From Candidatus Krumholzibacteriota bacterium (GTDB taxonomy: Bacteria > Krumholzibacteriota > Krumholzibacteriia > JAJRXK01), in contig CAVXTH010000005.1 of NCBI GenBank assembly GCA_963764625.1, positions 288,001-352,000 on the forward strand: a DNA stretch of 64,000 bases, read 5' to 3'. A model generated the notes under the pieces. The model was not told the origin of the DNA. It was given only the letters and a program-made list of their open reading frames with translations, and made no database searches. Made by a program: the position numbers and the translations under genes. Positions 31,610 through 41,857 of this stretch are shown piece by piece. Positions within the stretch are counted from its first letter, which is position 1. Each line of letters begins with the position of its first letter.

Positions 31610-33171
31610 TCAGCGCAAGAGCGGCGAGTCTCCGAAGAACTCCCTCAGTTCCGCCCGCGCCTTCCGATTCACCGCGTCCGACCAGAGATCCACCCGATTG
31701 CGATCGTCACTCAAGATCTGAGCCCCAGGCAACTGCGTTGGATCGAAGCGGTTGGCCCACGCGTGGTTCATCTGCACCACACGCCAGTGTTCGTAGTCGT
31801 CATTGATGAAGTCGAGTGGACGGGGGAGTCTCTCGTCCGGGAGTTGAAACTCGGGATCCATCGCCCCCAGAAGCACGACGTTGCCCAGGGTATTGGGCGG
31901 CTCCTGGGTGGGAAGCGCCCACACCACGGGAAACTGCTGCTTCAAGGTCAGACCGACGGACGCGACCAAAGGATCGTGCCACTCCCGGCATTCCACGTTC
32001 ATGGCCAAAATGCCGTGGGGCTTTAGATGGGCTTTAGCCAGCGCGAAGAACTCCTCGCTCACCAGATGGAAGGGAATCGAGGAGGAGCCGAAGGCATCCA
32101 CCACAATGAGGTCCCACCTCTGCTCGCTCTCGCGCAGAAAGTGGCGGGCATCCTCGATCGCGACCTTCGCGTCCTGCGGACGCAGACCGAAATACTCGCG
32201 CGCGGCGTGCACCACGCTGGGATCGATCTCCACTGCGTCGACTTTCCATCCGGCCTGATGATACGCTTGCACCACCACTCCCCCTCCGAGTCCCAAGACA
32301 AGCATCGCGACCGGGCTCGGGGTGGATGAGCTCGCAGGATTCCAGGACCGGAACGTAGCGATGGTGGCTCTCTCCCATGCCCAGGCCCGCGATGGTGTGC
32401 ACGCCGCCGTCGAGCAGGAGATAGGTGCCGTCCTTGCGATCCAGAACCCGGATCTCCGAGTACGGCGAATCGTGCAGCCACACCAGACCTTCCGGGAGGG
32501 TACGTGCGTGGGTCAAACCGACTCCTCCCCCCAGCGCCGCAAGTAGACAGAGCACGGCGGCGAAGACCCCATCGGCACGAGCGCCGAATTTCCGGGAATG
32601 CCAGAAGGCGAGAGCTGCGGTAAGCAAGAGAACCACCGCGACGAGAATGGTGAGATGAAGTACGCCCAGGTAGGGGATGAGCCAGAAGCCGGTGGCCAGA
32701 GCGGAGAACACGCTGGCGATGGTGGAAACGGCGTACAGATTACCGGCGTCGCGGCCCACGCGTTCGACCGTGCGCGCCTTGAGGCGCAGGGCGTAGGGCG
32801 TGATCATCCCCAGGAGCACCAGGGGGGGCGCGAAGAGCACCAGAGCCGCGCCCCAGGACGGCCGCGCGCAGATCCAATGGGCCCGTGGCTTGCAGCAGAG
32901 GGTGCTTGACCCAGGGAACGACCAGGATCCACAGCCCCGCCAGCGCCAGTAGTCCGGCCACGCGCGCGAGCTTGGGTCCGCGGTCAGCGTAGCGCCCGCC
33001 CAGGGCATAGCCCAGACTGAGCGCGGCCAGGGTGACCGTGATCAGAGCGGACCAGAGGTACAGGGAAACCCCAAAGAACGGCCCCAGAATGCGGGTGCCC
33101 AGGATCTCCAGACAGAGCACGCAGGCACCGGACACCGAGACGAGAAAGTAGAGAAAAGGGATGGAAACCAT
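31610..33171 (-). CDS. Fused membrane/spermidine-synthase-like methyltransferase; frameshifted
   Basis: SGACVLCLEILGTRILGPFFGVSLYLWS; GNLYAVSTIAS; VLGLGGG, VEIDP, IVVDAF. Confidence 0.9.
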
Positions 33172-33245
33172 GCGCCAAGAGCCTCGTTTCTTGGGAAAAA
33201 ATGGCGAATCTCAGACACTCGCGAAACACCAGAGAGTGACTCAGA

Positions 33246-34037
33246 GTGACACGAATGCCCGGTAGCTGGCAATCGCCACTTGAACCCCAGCTGCCGGGAT
33301 GCTCAGATCGCTCCCACTTTCGTCATCTCAACCTTCAGGTCATCGTGGATCTCAGGCGACAACCGCTCTCCCTCATTCTGCTGCTCTTCCTCTTGGGAGG
33401 AGAAACGAGCGCGGCCGCGCACACGCTGGTCACCGGAGTGGAGCTGCGTGACACCACTCCCCCACCCACCTGCTCACCCGCCCTGGCCGCCGCCTTGAGC
33501 CCACGGTGCCTGGTCATTCGCAGCTACGGCGAGGATGTCCTGCGCATTTGGTCTGTGCGTGAACTATCCCTGACGAAGGCACCGTGGAGCGTCGACAAGG
33601 TGGCGTTCGGCGCGATCGCGGCCGGAGCGCTCGTCGGGGTGGTGGAGGTCAGCGCATCCTTTTACGACTACCGCGATCAGCCGGTGAAATTGGGCCTCTA
33701 CACCCTGCGCTACGGCCTGACCTCCGTCGAATCGGTCGGGATCGGGCATGCGCGCTGGCGCGACGCGCTCTTGATGCTCCCTCTGCAAAATGACCAGGAT
33801 CCAACGCACGTCTGGCCGCCGGAGGTTCTGCGGGCCCTCGCGACCGCCGAGGGTGAGAACGCCCTTCCCCGCCGCATGGCCCTGTTTCCCACCCCGGAGG
33901 GTCGAGGACCGGGCAAGGGCGAGCCCCCGAAACTCATCGCCAACGAGCTTCATCAACCCATGCTGAGTTTCTGGATCGGGGATGTGCACTTGAACCTCGT
34001 CGTGGCCGGATCTGTGTTCCTGAGCAACCAGGAATGA
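33246..34037 (+). CDS. Exported hypothetical protein
   Basis: Signal-like segment; DYRDQPVKLGLYTLRYG..RDALL; start possibly GTG 33345. Confidence 0.7.
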   Translation: MTRMPGSWQSPLEPQLPGCSDRSHFRHLNLQVIVDLRRQPLSLILLLFLLGGETSAAAHTLVTGVELRDTTPPPTCSPALAAALSPRCLVIRSYGEDVLRIWSVRELSLTKAPWSVDKVAFGAIAAGALVGVVEVSASFYDYRDQPVKLGLYTLRYGLTSVESVGIGHARWRDALLMLPLQNDQDPTHVWPPEVLRALATAEGENALPRRMALFPTPEGRGPGKGEPPKLIANELHQPMLSFWIGDVHLNLVVAGSVFLSNQE

Positions 34038-34054
34038 GCCCGAATTCGGGCTCA
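34035..34054. repeat. Perfect 20-bp palindrome TGAGCCCGAATTCGGGCTCA
   Basis: Seen directly; overlaps the stop of 33246-34037 and lies upstream of the HTH-TM gene. Confidence 0.8.
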
Positions 34055-34214
34055 AAGGACCGAATTCTCGCGGTTAATCCCCATCTTTCCCTTGTAGTCC
34101 GCCCCTCGACCTTCCACTATACAGCAGACGCTCCCAGCGAAGTTCACAATCGAAGCTCTCCCATATTCATCTGCCGTCGCGGAGGGACCAGCGCGGCGAG
34201 GAAGGTGTGAGCGC

Positions 34215-35841
34215 ATGTCCGGCCCCGCTGGTAGCACAGGGGACAGAGGACCGACTTTTCCCCTCGCCGCAATGAGCCATCTCTGCGAGCTCGTGCGCCG
34301 GTACAACCGGCGCAGCTACGAGCTAGTCCTCGAGTTCGACTGGAGCACCTACCCCCGGCTCCGGCGCCTCGGACTGGACCAACTCGATCCTTCGCAGCCC
34401 GAGATCGTTCGGCGAGAGTGCCGAGCCGCTCTCGAGATTGCAGTCGAGGAGCTCGAAACGCGCCACCCCGCCGCGATCGATGACGTCTCGCCCATTTCTC
34501 TCCTGCGACGCCACGTACTCGACGGCGACACCTGGGACGTGATCCGCGCCCAACGCAAGGAGATGGGCCTGGTTCGCCTTTCCGAGCGCACACTCAAGAA
34601 CCGTCAGCACGAAGCCTATCGACTCATCCTGCGGTGGGCGGAGAGCGAGTCACTCAGTGAGGTTCCCCAGCTAGATCTTCCCTTTCATCGGCGCAAACAA
34701 CAGCTCCGGCGCGCCGCCTACGCCGGCGGAATCATCATCCTGGTCGCCCTTGTTGGGCTGGGGGATGATGCAGGTTCCCCCGCTGCGCGGCACTTCCAAG
34801 ACACCTCTGGTTGGCACATCTCTCAAAGAGCAACTGCAGAGAGTCGACGCGCGGTACATCGGAGTTCCCCTGCGTCTCACGCAATCCGAGCGGGCGGGGA
34901 TTCCTCCCCTCCAGCAACTACTCCCTTCGGCTCGTTTCCCGGCGCTGGGAACACAGTTGGGAATCTTGATGCTGCTCCCGGGGCCGCCGGGTGGCGATCC
35001 CAGAGTTCTGTTGAGCACGAAGAAAGGCGGCTACGGGGGTGGCCGTGTCTGGCTCTGGGATGCAGTGGCCGATTCGTTCGTGTGGAAACTCGAGTGGAAG
35101 CCTCCACGGGATGAGATCTTCACGCACAGTACGCTTGACTCGACGGTGTACGACCAAGCGTGGGGAGTCAGCTCCGTGACTTGGCGCTCGGGGGCGCTCA
35201 ATTTGGGAACGCGCCTGGCCATTTGTTACCAACAGTTCTATAGCCCGTGTTTCTTCCTGATCGTCGATCGAAACAGCGGAGCGCCCTTGGCGCATTACAC
35301 GCATCCCGGGTTCATCTACGGTCCCTACCTCGCCGACCTTTCCGGTGACGGAAAGCCCGAGATCCTCTGCGCGGGCACCGACAACGCGCTCAACCGTCCC
35401 GACCTCACCGTTCTGGAACCCGACATGAAAAACGGCGCGGCCTCGACCTGCATGTGGAACAAAAAAGGGGAAGGCGCGCTGTTCCGGGTCCTCTTGCCCG
35501 CGGTGCGCCCCTTGGAAGAGTCCTTCGAGGATCCACGCCTCGCGGTACGTCCCATCGAGGATCGAAACTGGTCTCCAGGCAGTGGGCTCCTGAATCTGCT
35601 CGTCTGGGGCGGGGATCGGGATCTTGAGCGTGCCTACTTCGCCCATCTCTACCACGGCTGCGAAATCCACCCCGGCCACGGTTTTTCGGTCGGGGACCAC
35701 GCCGAGTACGCCTGGCGGAAGATCGGACTCGACTTCGCGAGTATGGAAGGCGAACTCGAGCAGCAAGTCGAGGTGGTTCGGGGTCCCCACTTCGATGAAA
35801 TCATGGGATCCGTCGTTCCACAGCTCGTGAGCCGGCACTGA
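34215..35841 (+). CDS. HTH (sigma region-4-like)-TM-FG-GAP extracytoplasmic protein; frameshifted near 34760
   Basis: LLRRHVLDGDTWDVI..LSERTLKNRQHEAY; TM GGIIILVALVGL; ADLSGDGKPEILCAG. Confidence 0.65.
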
Positions 35842-35877
35842 TCGACGGCAACTTCAGAGGACATTCTCAGCTGGCAG

Positions 35878-35922
35878 AAAAAACGCCCCTCGGCAGAAGT
35901 CGCAGAACTCCCGCCGAGGGGC
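35878..35922 (-). terminator. Intrinsic terminator
   Basis: 10-bp stem GCCCCTCGGC/GCCGAGGGGC followed by GTTTTTT on the minus strand. Confidence 0.75.
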
Positions 35923-36237
35923 CCCAATTGCACGATATCCCGTTGACGATGCGCTCGACGGCTCCCGAGTCGAGATGCATCGGGGGGAAGTTGCACGTGC
36001 AGGGTAATAATGCAACTTCGCAAGGAATTAAATCCACTAATTCGGCGGGCAAGAACAGGCAGGACGTCCGTTCGCGGAGGAGATTCTTCGAATTGATCGG
36101 TTATTCGGGTGATTTTGATGCACTGGCATGCAGTCCAAAGTGCTTCGCTCGATGCAAATCCTCATTCTGGATTTACTTGTTCGATCCGCGACGCGTCAGG
36201 CACGGTGGAAGACGAATCTCTCCCCGGGAATCACCTC

Positions 36238-37380
36238 CTAGCCGTCGGCCGGCCGCCGGAGCATGTACGGGGTTGGAGTGAACGAGTTTTGGGGCGCTGT
36301 CAGACCCACCGCATAGATGTCCCCGTTCTCCGCTTCGGCCAGGCTCTGAAGCCTTACATCGCTGCTCTGCCACTCGATGGTGGTCTCTCCCGTCGAGTAA
36401 TGGTGGACCAATGCGCTGCCGGATTCTCCGCAGGCCAGATAGACGTCTCCGTTCGCGGCCACCAGGATGTCGTTGACCCGGTCGAGAGTTCCCGCCTCCG
36501 GGAGAACAAATTCCAGCCACTCGTCATGCACCGCGTCGTACTGCATCAGGAACGCCACGTAGTCATCTACGGCACCGGCGGAAAAGTCGGTAATGGCTCC
36601 TCCGAGCAGAAGGGCGCCCTGCTGGTTAAAGGCCACCGCCCGGAACTCGCGATTGCCACAGCCTCCGCATCCGAGCCCTTTCCTCAAGATCCACCCCGCG
36701 CCCTCGTCGGTGAGCAGTACGGAGAAGGGAGAATCCTCGTCTCCGTTCGCCCCGTCGTCGAATCCGCACCCGGCCCAGGTGCCGGAGTGCCACGCGAGAT
36801 CGACCAAGCTCTTCTCCTGCGGATCGCCGGGAAGGGGAATCGAAACCGTGGTCCAGCTTCCATCGGCCGTTCCCGAGAGTGCGAAGATGCTCGCCCCTCC
36901 CGGACCCGCTGCGAGGAAAGTGCCGGACTCATCGACGGTGACGGCCTGCAAGCCGCCATTCGTGGCCGGCAGGGCTACGCGCGTCCAGCCGGGACGCTCG
37001 GCCAAGACGAGCGGAGAGCCGGCGCTACTGATGTTTACGCCCACGATGACCCCCTTCCCTGCGCCATCGATGGCGACGGCGAGAAGGAAGTCGTCGGTAT
37101 TGACCGGAAGCGACTGCACGGACCAGTCCGCGCCATTGGACTCGAGCACGTAGTCAGGCTTGGCGCCGCTCGCTCCGGTCGAGCCCAAAGCGAGACCACG
37201 GGAGCCCTTGAAGGCGATGCTCGTCAGACCGCTCGAGGGGAGGGTATCGGGAAGCGAGACCTCGACCCACGGGCTCGATGCGGGCGGAGGACCGGTCGGC
37301 CCGTCGGAGCAGGCCACGGGTAGCATCGAGGCGAACAGGACGGCGAGCAGAAGCAGAGGGCGGGCGGAATCTAGGCGCAT
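36238..37380 (-). CDS. Beta-propeller-like lipoprotein
   Basis: Lipobox PVAC; repeated L..VA.D..G....G..W blades; GGAGG RBS. Confidence 0.75.
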   Translation of the reverse strand: MRLDSARPLLLLAVLFASMLPVACSDGPTGPPPASSPWVEVSLPDTLPSSGLTSIAFKGSRGLALGSTGASGAKPDYVLESNGADWSVQSLPVNTDDFLLAVAIDGAGKGVIVGVNISSAGSPLVLAERPGWTRVALPATNGGLQAVTVDESGTFLAAGPGGASIFALSGTADGSWTTVSIPLPGDPQEKSLVDLAWHSGTWAGCGFDDGANGDEDSPFSVLLTDEGAGWILRKGLGCGGCGNREFRAVAFNQQGALLLGGAITDFSAGAVDDYVAFLMQYDAVHDEWLEFVLPEAGTLDRVNDILVAANGDVYLACGESGSALVHHYSTGETTIEWQSSDVRLQSLAEAENGDIYAVGLTAPQNSFTPTPYMLRRPADG

Positions 37381-37505
37381 GGGTGACCTCCAGGAGAGAG
37401 GCTACGCGTGAAATCAGATGATTTCGACGCCAACAGGATACCGAGCCGTGCGCACCGCGCACAAGGGAAAGCCCTTTGCGGGGTCTTTGCCGGAAGTCTC
37501 GCGGC

Positions 37506-37535
37506 TTGAAGCCGAGCGTCCTTCTCCGCTATCAT
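37506..37535 (+). promoter_or_regulatory. Putative sigma70 promoter TTGAAG-N18-TATCAT
   Basis: About 40 nt upstream of 37577; a divergent TTGTGC-N18-TATCCT lies at 37435-37464. Confidence 0.45.
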
Positions 37536-37576
37536 GAAGTCCCTGGTCGACGCTTCCTCAACCAGAAGGATGCGCC

Positions 37577-38707
37577 ATGTCATTTGCCCGCCGCGTTTTC
37601 AAACCGTCCCCTCTGCCACTGATATTCGTTTTCACTTTGCTGCAGTTCGGCTGCGGTGATGATTCCACCGGACCGGTGGACGTCACTTCGCCGCAGCCCA
37701 TATCCGAATTCTGGCAAGGCACCTACGAGAGTGCCGACCACAGTCAGGACGGCGCGTTTCTGCTTGACCTCGTGCGCACGGGCAGCGCGGTGAAAGGTCA
37801 GATCATGCTGCGCGATCGTGGGACGTCCGATACCCAGCGTCACCTCTTTCTGAGCGGCACGAGTGAAGGCGACAGTCTGCTACTGGGTTTGGACTACGAT
37901 TCCCATAGCTATCAGTTCACGTTCAACTTCGTGGGTGAGGTAGCAGGTGATTCGACGTCCTTTACGGGAAACCTCAGCCTACCCATTGCCGGACTCGCAG
38001 CTTCGGTTCAAGCGGAGAAGCAAGTTCTCGGTGAGCTCGCGGTCGATTCGAGCGAAGAGATCGACCACGACATCCACGGGCTCGCGGTCGCGGGAGACCA
38101 TCTGTGGATGAGTACGTTGGGTAGCTCGTACCTGGGAATGACATTTGCGGGTGTAGTCGATGACACGATCTCGGTACTTCTAGAAAATTACGCGCTGTGG
38201 ACGAGCGTTGGTCTCGCCACCAACGGCACCTCGTTCTGGGGAACCTGCCCGGTCACGGTGAGCGATGGGACGGATGTACACAACGTGGCCGACCTCATCG
38301 AGTTCGGATACGACGGCATGATCAACCAAAGGGTTCGGGTTCCCATGCGCGTGCCGGGACTGGCGTACGAGGGCAGCGCACTGTGGACGCTCGGACCGGA
38401 CAGCGAGGCTCTGTATCGTCTCGATGGATCGGGCAGCGTGGTCGAGACGGTTCCGATTTCCGTTCCCGACCTCATCTATCTCGAGTACGACGGAGAGTAC
38501 TTCTGGAGCGTGGGTTGGTTCCTGACGAATCTCTACCAGATCGATCGCACGGGAAAGACGGTGGCCGTGTATCACCTGCCAGACGAAGTGCTCGGGCCGT
38601 TCCCCGGCGGACTCGCGTTCGACGGAAGTAAGTTCTGGTACAGCGCGTCGCTGTCGTATCTGCGCGTGCCGGGGAGTTTGCTGTCGAGTTTTCATGTGGT
38701 GGAGTGA
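37577..38707 (+). CDS. Lipoprotein with C-terminal beta-propeller
   Basis: Lipobox QFGC; repeats GLAVAGDHLW, GLATNGTSFW, GLAYEGSALW, GLAFDGSKFW. Confidence 0.8.
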   Translation: MSFARRVFKPSPLPLIFVFTLLQFGCGDDSTGPVDVTSPQPISEFWQGTYESADHSQDGAFLLDLVRTGSAVKGQIMLRDRGTSDTQRHLFLSGTSEGDSLLLGLDYDSHSYQFTFNFVGEVAGDSTSFTGNLSLPIAGLAASVQAEKQVLGELAVDSSEEIDHDIHGLAVAGDHLWMSTLGSSYLGMTFAGVVDDTISVLLENYALWTSVGLATNGTSFWGTCPVTVSDGTDVHNVADLIEFGYDGMINQRVRVPMRVPGLAYEGSALWTLGPDSEALYRLDGSGSVVETVPISVPDLIYLEYDGEYFWSVGWFLTNLYQIDRTGKTVAVYHLPDEVLGPFPGGLAFDGSKFWYSASLSYLRVPGSLLSSFHVVE

Positions 38708-38846
38708 AGTCACTCGGTGATGATCTAGCTTTGATTCGGCGTGAAGGACCTCTCACGCGAGATGTGAAACCACAAAAACGGACCTTCAGCTCCGCAGATT
38801 GGTTCGTCTACTAGAGTAACTGCATTGCTGCGATTGGCTGCCTTCC

Positions 38847-38876
38847 TTGACATGAGCGTGCCAGATAGTGTGTAAT
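38847..38876 (+). promoter_or_regulatory. Putative sigma70 promoter TTGACA-N18-TGTAAT
   Basis: Perfect -35, about 150 nt upstream of small ORF 39023. Confidence 0.5.
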
Positions 38877-39022
38877 CGTCGTTGACACAACTCGGCCCCG
38901 GCTCGCTCCCGACCGAGACCCCTCCCGAAAGGCCATTCACTGGCCATATGGACCAGCTGGCACGCGACGGACGTCGGTTGCGGTGTTTGGCATTCTATCA
39001 GTATGAGGTCTAGGAGGCACCG

Positions 39023-39199
39023 ATGAGTACTTCCCGCTTACCGGTGAAGATGACTTTTCGCAGCTACTGGTTCCGCACCCTCGTGAGTTCTCTTCTCCTT
39101 AGCAGCGCGTTTCTATGCACGATTCCGTCCGTAACCCAGGCGAAGATTATCTATAGCAACGATCGTCTCCAAGGAGACGTGGAGGCTAAGCTCGGGTAG
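39023..39199 (+). CDS. Small secreted peptide/protein (58 aa as read; ~130 aa to 39418/39422 if frameshift-corrected), absent from the ORF track
   Basis: AGGAGG RBS at 39012-39017; MSTSRLPVKMTFRSYWFRTLVSSLLLSSAFLCTIPSVTQA|KIIYSNDRLQGDVEAKLG*. Confidence 0.75.
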   Translation: MSTSRLPVKMTFRSYWFRTLVSSLLLSSAFLCTIPSVTQAKIIYSNDRLQGDVEAKLG

Positions 39200-39418
39200 T
39201 TCGAGCGGCGACCCGGGTGGCGGCGAGCTACTGGTTGGAAGCACAGATACATCTTCTCCGCCTATTGTGGTTCAGACTGCGTATCCAGACGCCACGTGTT
39301 TAATCAACGACAAGCAAATCCTCGCCAGCACGATACAGCGAGCCCAGACTCGCGTTGGTTTCTCCATTTCTTACGCGAGCTGTCTCGTCTGGTCCACATT
39401 CATGGATGGGGGCGCTAG

Positions 39419-41857
39419 ATGAATTCTGATCTTGAGCGCGCCGTCATGCAGCTGGATGAGACTTCACGTGCGCTCCGTTCCAGACTCGAAGACTCTGCGC
39501 GCGGAACCTCGTTGAACGAGGTCGCTTCTCTCGTCGTACCGCTCACTACGGCCGGCCGCTTCAGCGATGCCATCGACTATGCAGAGCGGGCGTTTCGTGA
39601 GTGGGATAGACTTGAGCCGGGCCTTCGTAACGACATGGCGGTGCACTACGCCCTTGCACTGCATGTCACCGGGAATCGGAGAAAGCTGACCCGGTTCATG
39701 GCCGGTCCAGCAAGGAGCTTGAGCGTAGAAGCTCAAGCACGTATTCAGATCAAGTCGGCCTGGTCGGAACTTATGGGAGGTGATGATCGCAAGTCAGGTG
39801 TCACCGCGAGTTCCGCTCGACAGATCTGTGACCCGGAGGACTCTCAGCTCGTTCTGGCAGAGCTCATGTACCTGGAGGGCTATAGGTCGTTTTCGCGCGC
39901 TGGGGACCTTCATGCAGGCCGAGGAGAAGATCGATCTGGCCTGTGGTCTGTTCCGCCTCCACTCAGAGCAACTGCTACTCGCCCACGCACTTCAAGCTCG
40001 GGCAGAGATCCACTGGGGACTTGGGAATGCCGGATACGCGGAGTCACTCGCGACCAGCTCCTTGCGGCTTGCGGGATTGTTGGGCAACTATCGGACCGCG
40101 ACGGCGGCCCTCCGTCAGCACAGCATCTTCTGCTATCATCAGGCTAAGTTTGCTAAGAGCGCGAGCTCTCTTGACGCAGGCTCTCGGGTTCCACGCCCGA
40201 TTCGAGTGCAACGTAACCCCGTTCAGGTTGAAGACAGAAATAGCCCTCGCTAGACTCGAGTTACTGCTCGGAAATTCTACATCCGCGTCCGAGACCCTCG
40301 AGGAGGTCCGAGAACACGTTCCGAAGATGGATGCCATAGCCGCCGCCATGTGGCACGAATACCAGGGTATTGCCAAGGCGCAGCAGCTCGACTACATCGC
40401 CGCACTCGCGTCCTTCGAGGAATCCAAGAAGTGCCTCGCAGCTTCCGGAACCACGACTTACGAACTCGCCGAGGTGTACTGGCAAGAGGCCGAGGTTCAC
40501 CTCGCCATGCACAATCCACGGATTGCGCTGGACCTCGCCAACGATGCGCTCGAAGTCGTCGCACGAATGCGGAAACCGCCGTGAGTACGGGCAGATACTC
40601 CGCGTCAAGGCTACTGCCCTTGCCCAGCTCGCGCGCCCACAGGAAGCAATTCCTCTCTTGGAGGAAGCCGCCGTGGAATTGCGTGGTCGCAACAATCCGC
40701 TTGAGCTGGGCCGTACCCTGACGCAACTAGCGGGAGTTCTCGATCCTGAGTCCGCGGTCGAGAAGGCCAACGAGGCCCTCGCTATTTTCACTCGCCTACA
40801 ACTCTCCACTTTCGCAAACGAAGCCCGCCAAGCTCGCGATCTGGCCAGACTCCGCTTACAGGCCTTCCAAAGCGCGGAGGAGAAAAAGCACACAGTGTGC
40901 AAGGAAGGACAACTCGTTGCAGTGTCGCCCCGCATGAAAGAGGTACTCGCTGATTGCAACTTCATTGCCAGCTCTATCTCTCCCGCCGTCATCATGGGAG
41001 CTACTGGCGTGGGCAAAGAAGTGGTTGCTCGCTACATCCATGAACATAGCGAGTTTTCCAAAGGTCCTCTCGTGGCTGTGAACTGTGCCGCACTTCCGGA
41101 ATCTCTCTTCGAGCGCGAACTCTTCGGACATAAGAAGGGGGCCTTTACAGGGGCCGATCGCGATACCGCTGGTGTGGTCGCCGCCGCCTCAGGGGGAACC
41201 CTCTTCCTCGATGAAATCGGGGAACTCCCCATGGCGATGCAGGCCAAGCTGCTGCGTCTCTTACAGGAGAGCACGTACCGGCGGGTCGGGGATGTTACGG
41301 AGTACCACGCGGACATTCGGGTTTTGGCCGCTACGAATTGCGACCTCAGGAAACAAGTCGACGATAAGATCTTCCGCGAAGATCTCTGGTACCGGATCAA
41401 TGCCTTCGAGGTGCGAATTCCGCTGCTTCGCGAACGCCCCGAGGACATCGCGCCGTTGACCGATCTCTTTCTCGAGGAACAATCGAAGAAATTCGGGATC
41501 GAGTTCTGGATGGATCAACAGGTGCGTCGCCTCTTCGAACGCTACCCATGGCCAGGCAACGTGCGCGAGCTTCAATCGGCTGTGCGTGCCGGTGCCGCCC
41601 GCGCTCGAGGCGATGGTCGAATTCGGGTGCGGCACCTTCCCCACTCCCTGCGCGAGTCAAGGACCAAGAAGCCGACTCCGATCCTCTCGCTTCAACAGCA
41701 TCTCGAGGTCGAGGAACGCCGCATCATTCTGCACGCCCTGCGTCAGTGCAAAAACTCGCGCTCGCAAGCCGCTCGGTACTTGGGGATCGGGCGCAACACG
41801 CTCTACGAGAAGATGCAACGTCTGGGAATCGCGCTCGACAAGGAAGCCAAGGGCTAG
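39419..41857 (+). CDS. TPR-repeat sigma54-dependent enhancer-binding protein; frameshifts near 39892, 40151 and 40561
   Basis: ~480 aa helical TPR-like region; GATGVGKE, ELFGHKKGAFTGA, LFLDEIGE, WPGNVREL; Fis-type HTH AARYLGIGRNTLYEKM. Confidence 0.92.

Noticed and set aside
35873-35887. TGGCAGAAAAAACGC as a sigma54 site
   Set aside because: GG-N10-GC spacing is present, but it overlaps the terminator tail and has no credible downstream plus-strand gene.
38725-38940. 71-aa minus-strand ORF
   Set aside because: No recognisable motif and it overlaps the candidate promoter region of the small ORF.
38958-38981. sigma54 promoter upstream of the small peptide ORF (TGGCACG...TTGC)
   Set aside because: The elements are 13 nt apart instead of 4; the nearby TGGCATTCTATCAGT lacks the -12 GC and would start transcription inside the RBS.
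13000-39231. Shared 10-mer GGCGAGCTAC at about 13000, 15271 and 39222
   Set aside because: Short and GC-rich, in unrelated contexts with no flanking similarity; cannot be separated from chance.
39197-39418. Amber readthrough fusing the small ORF to the activator (both TAGs are in frame with both ATGs)
   Set aside because: TAG terminates many ordinary genes here, no pyl genes are visible, and a signal peptide on a cytoplasmic activator is implausible; an indel is simpler.
39419-41857. Pseudogene or programmed frameshifting in the TPR activator
   Set aside because: The same indel pattern affects housekeeping genes; the AAA+ and HTH motifs are intact; no slippery heptamer seen.
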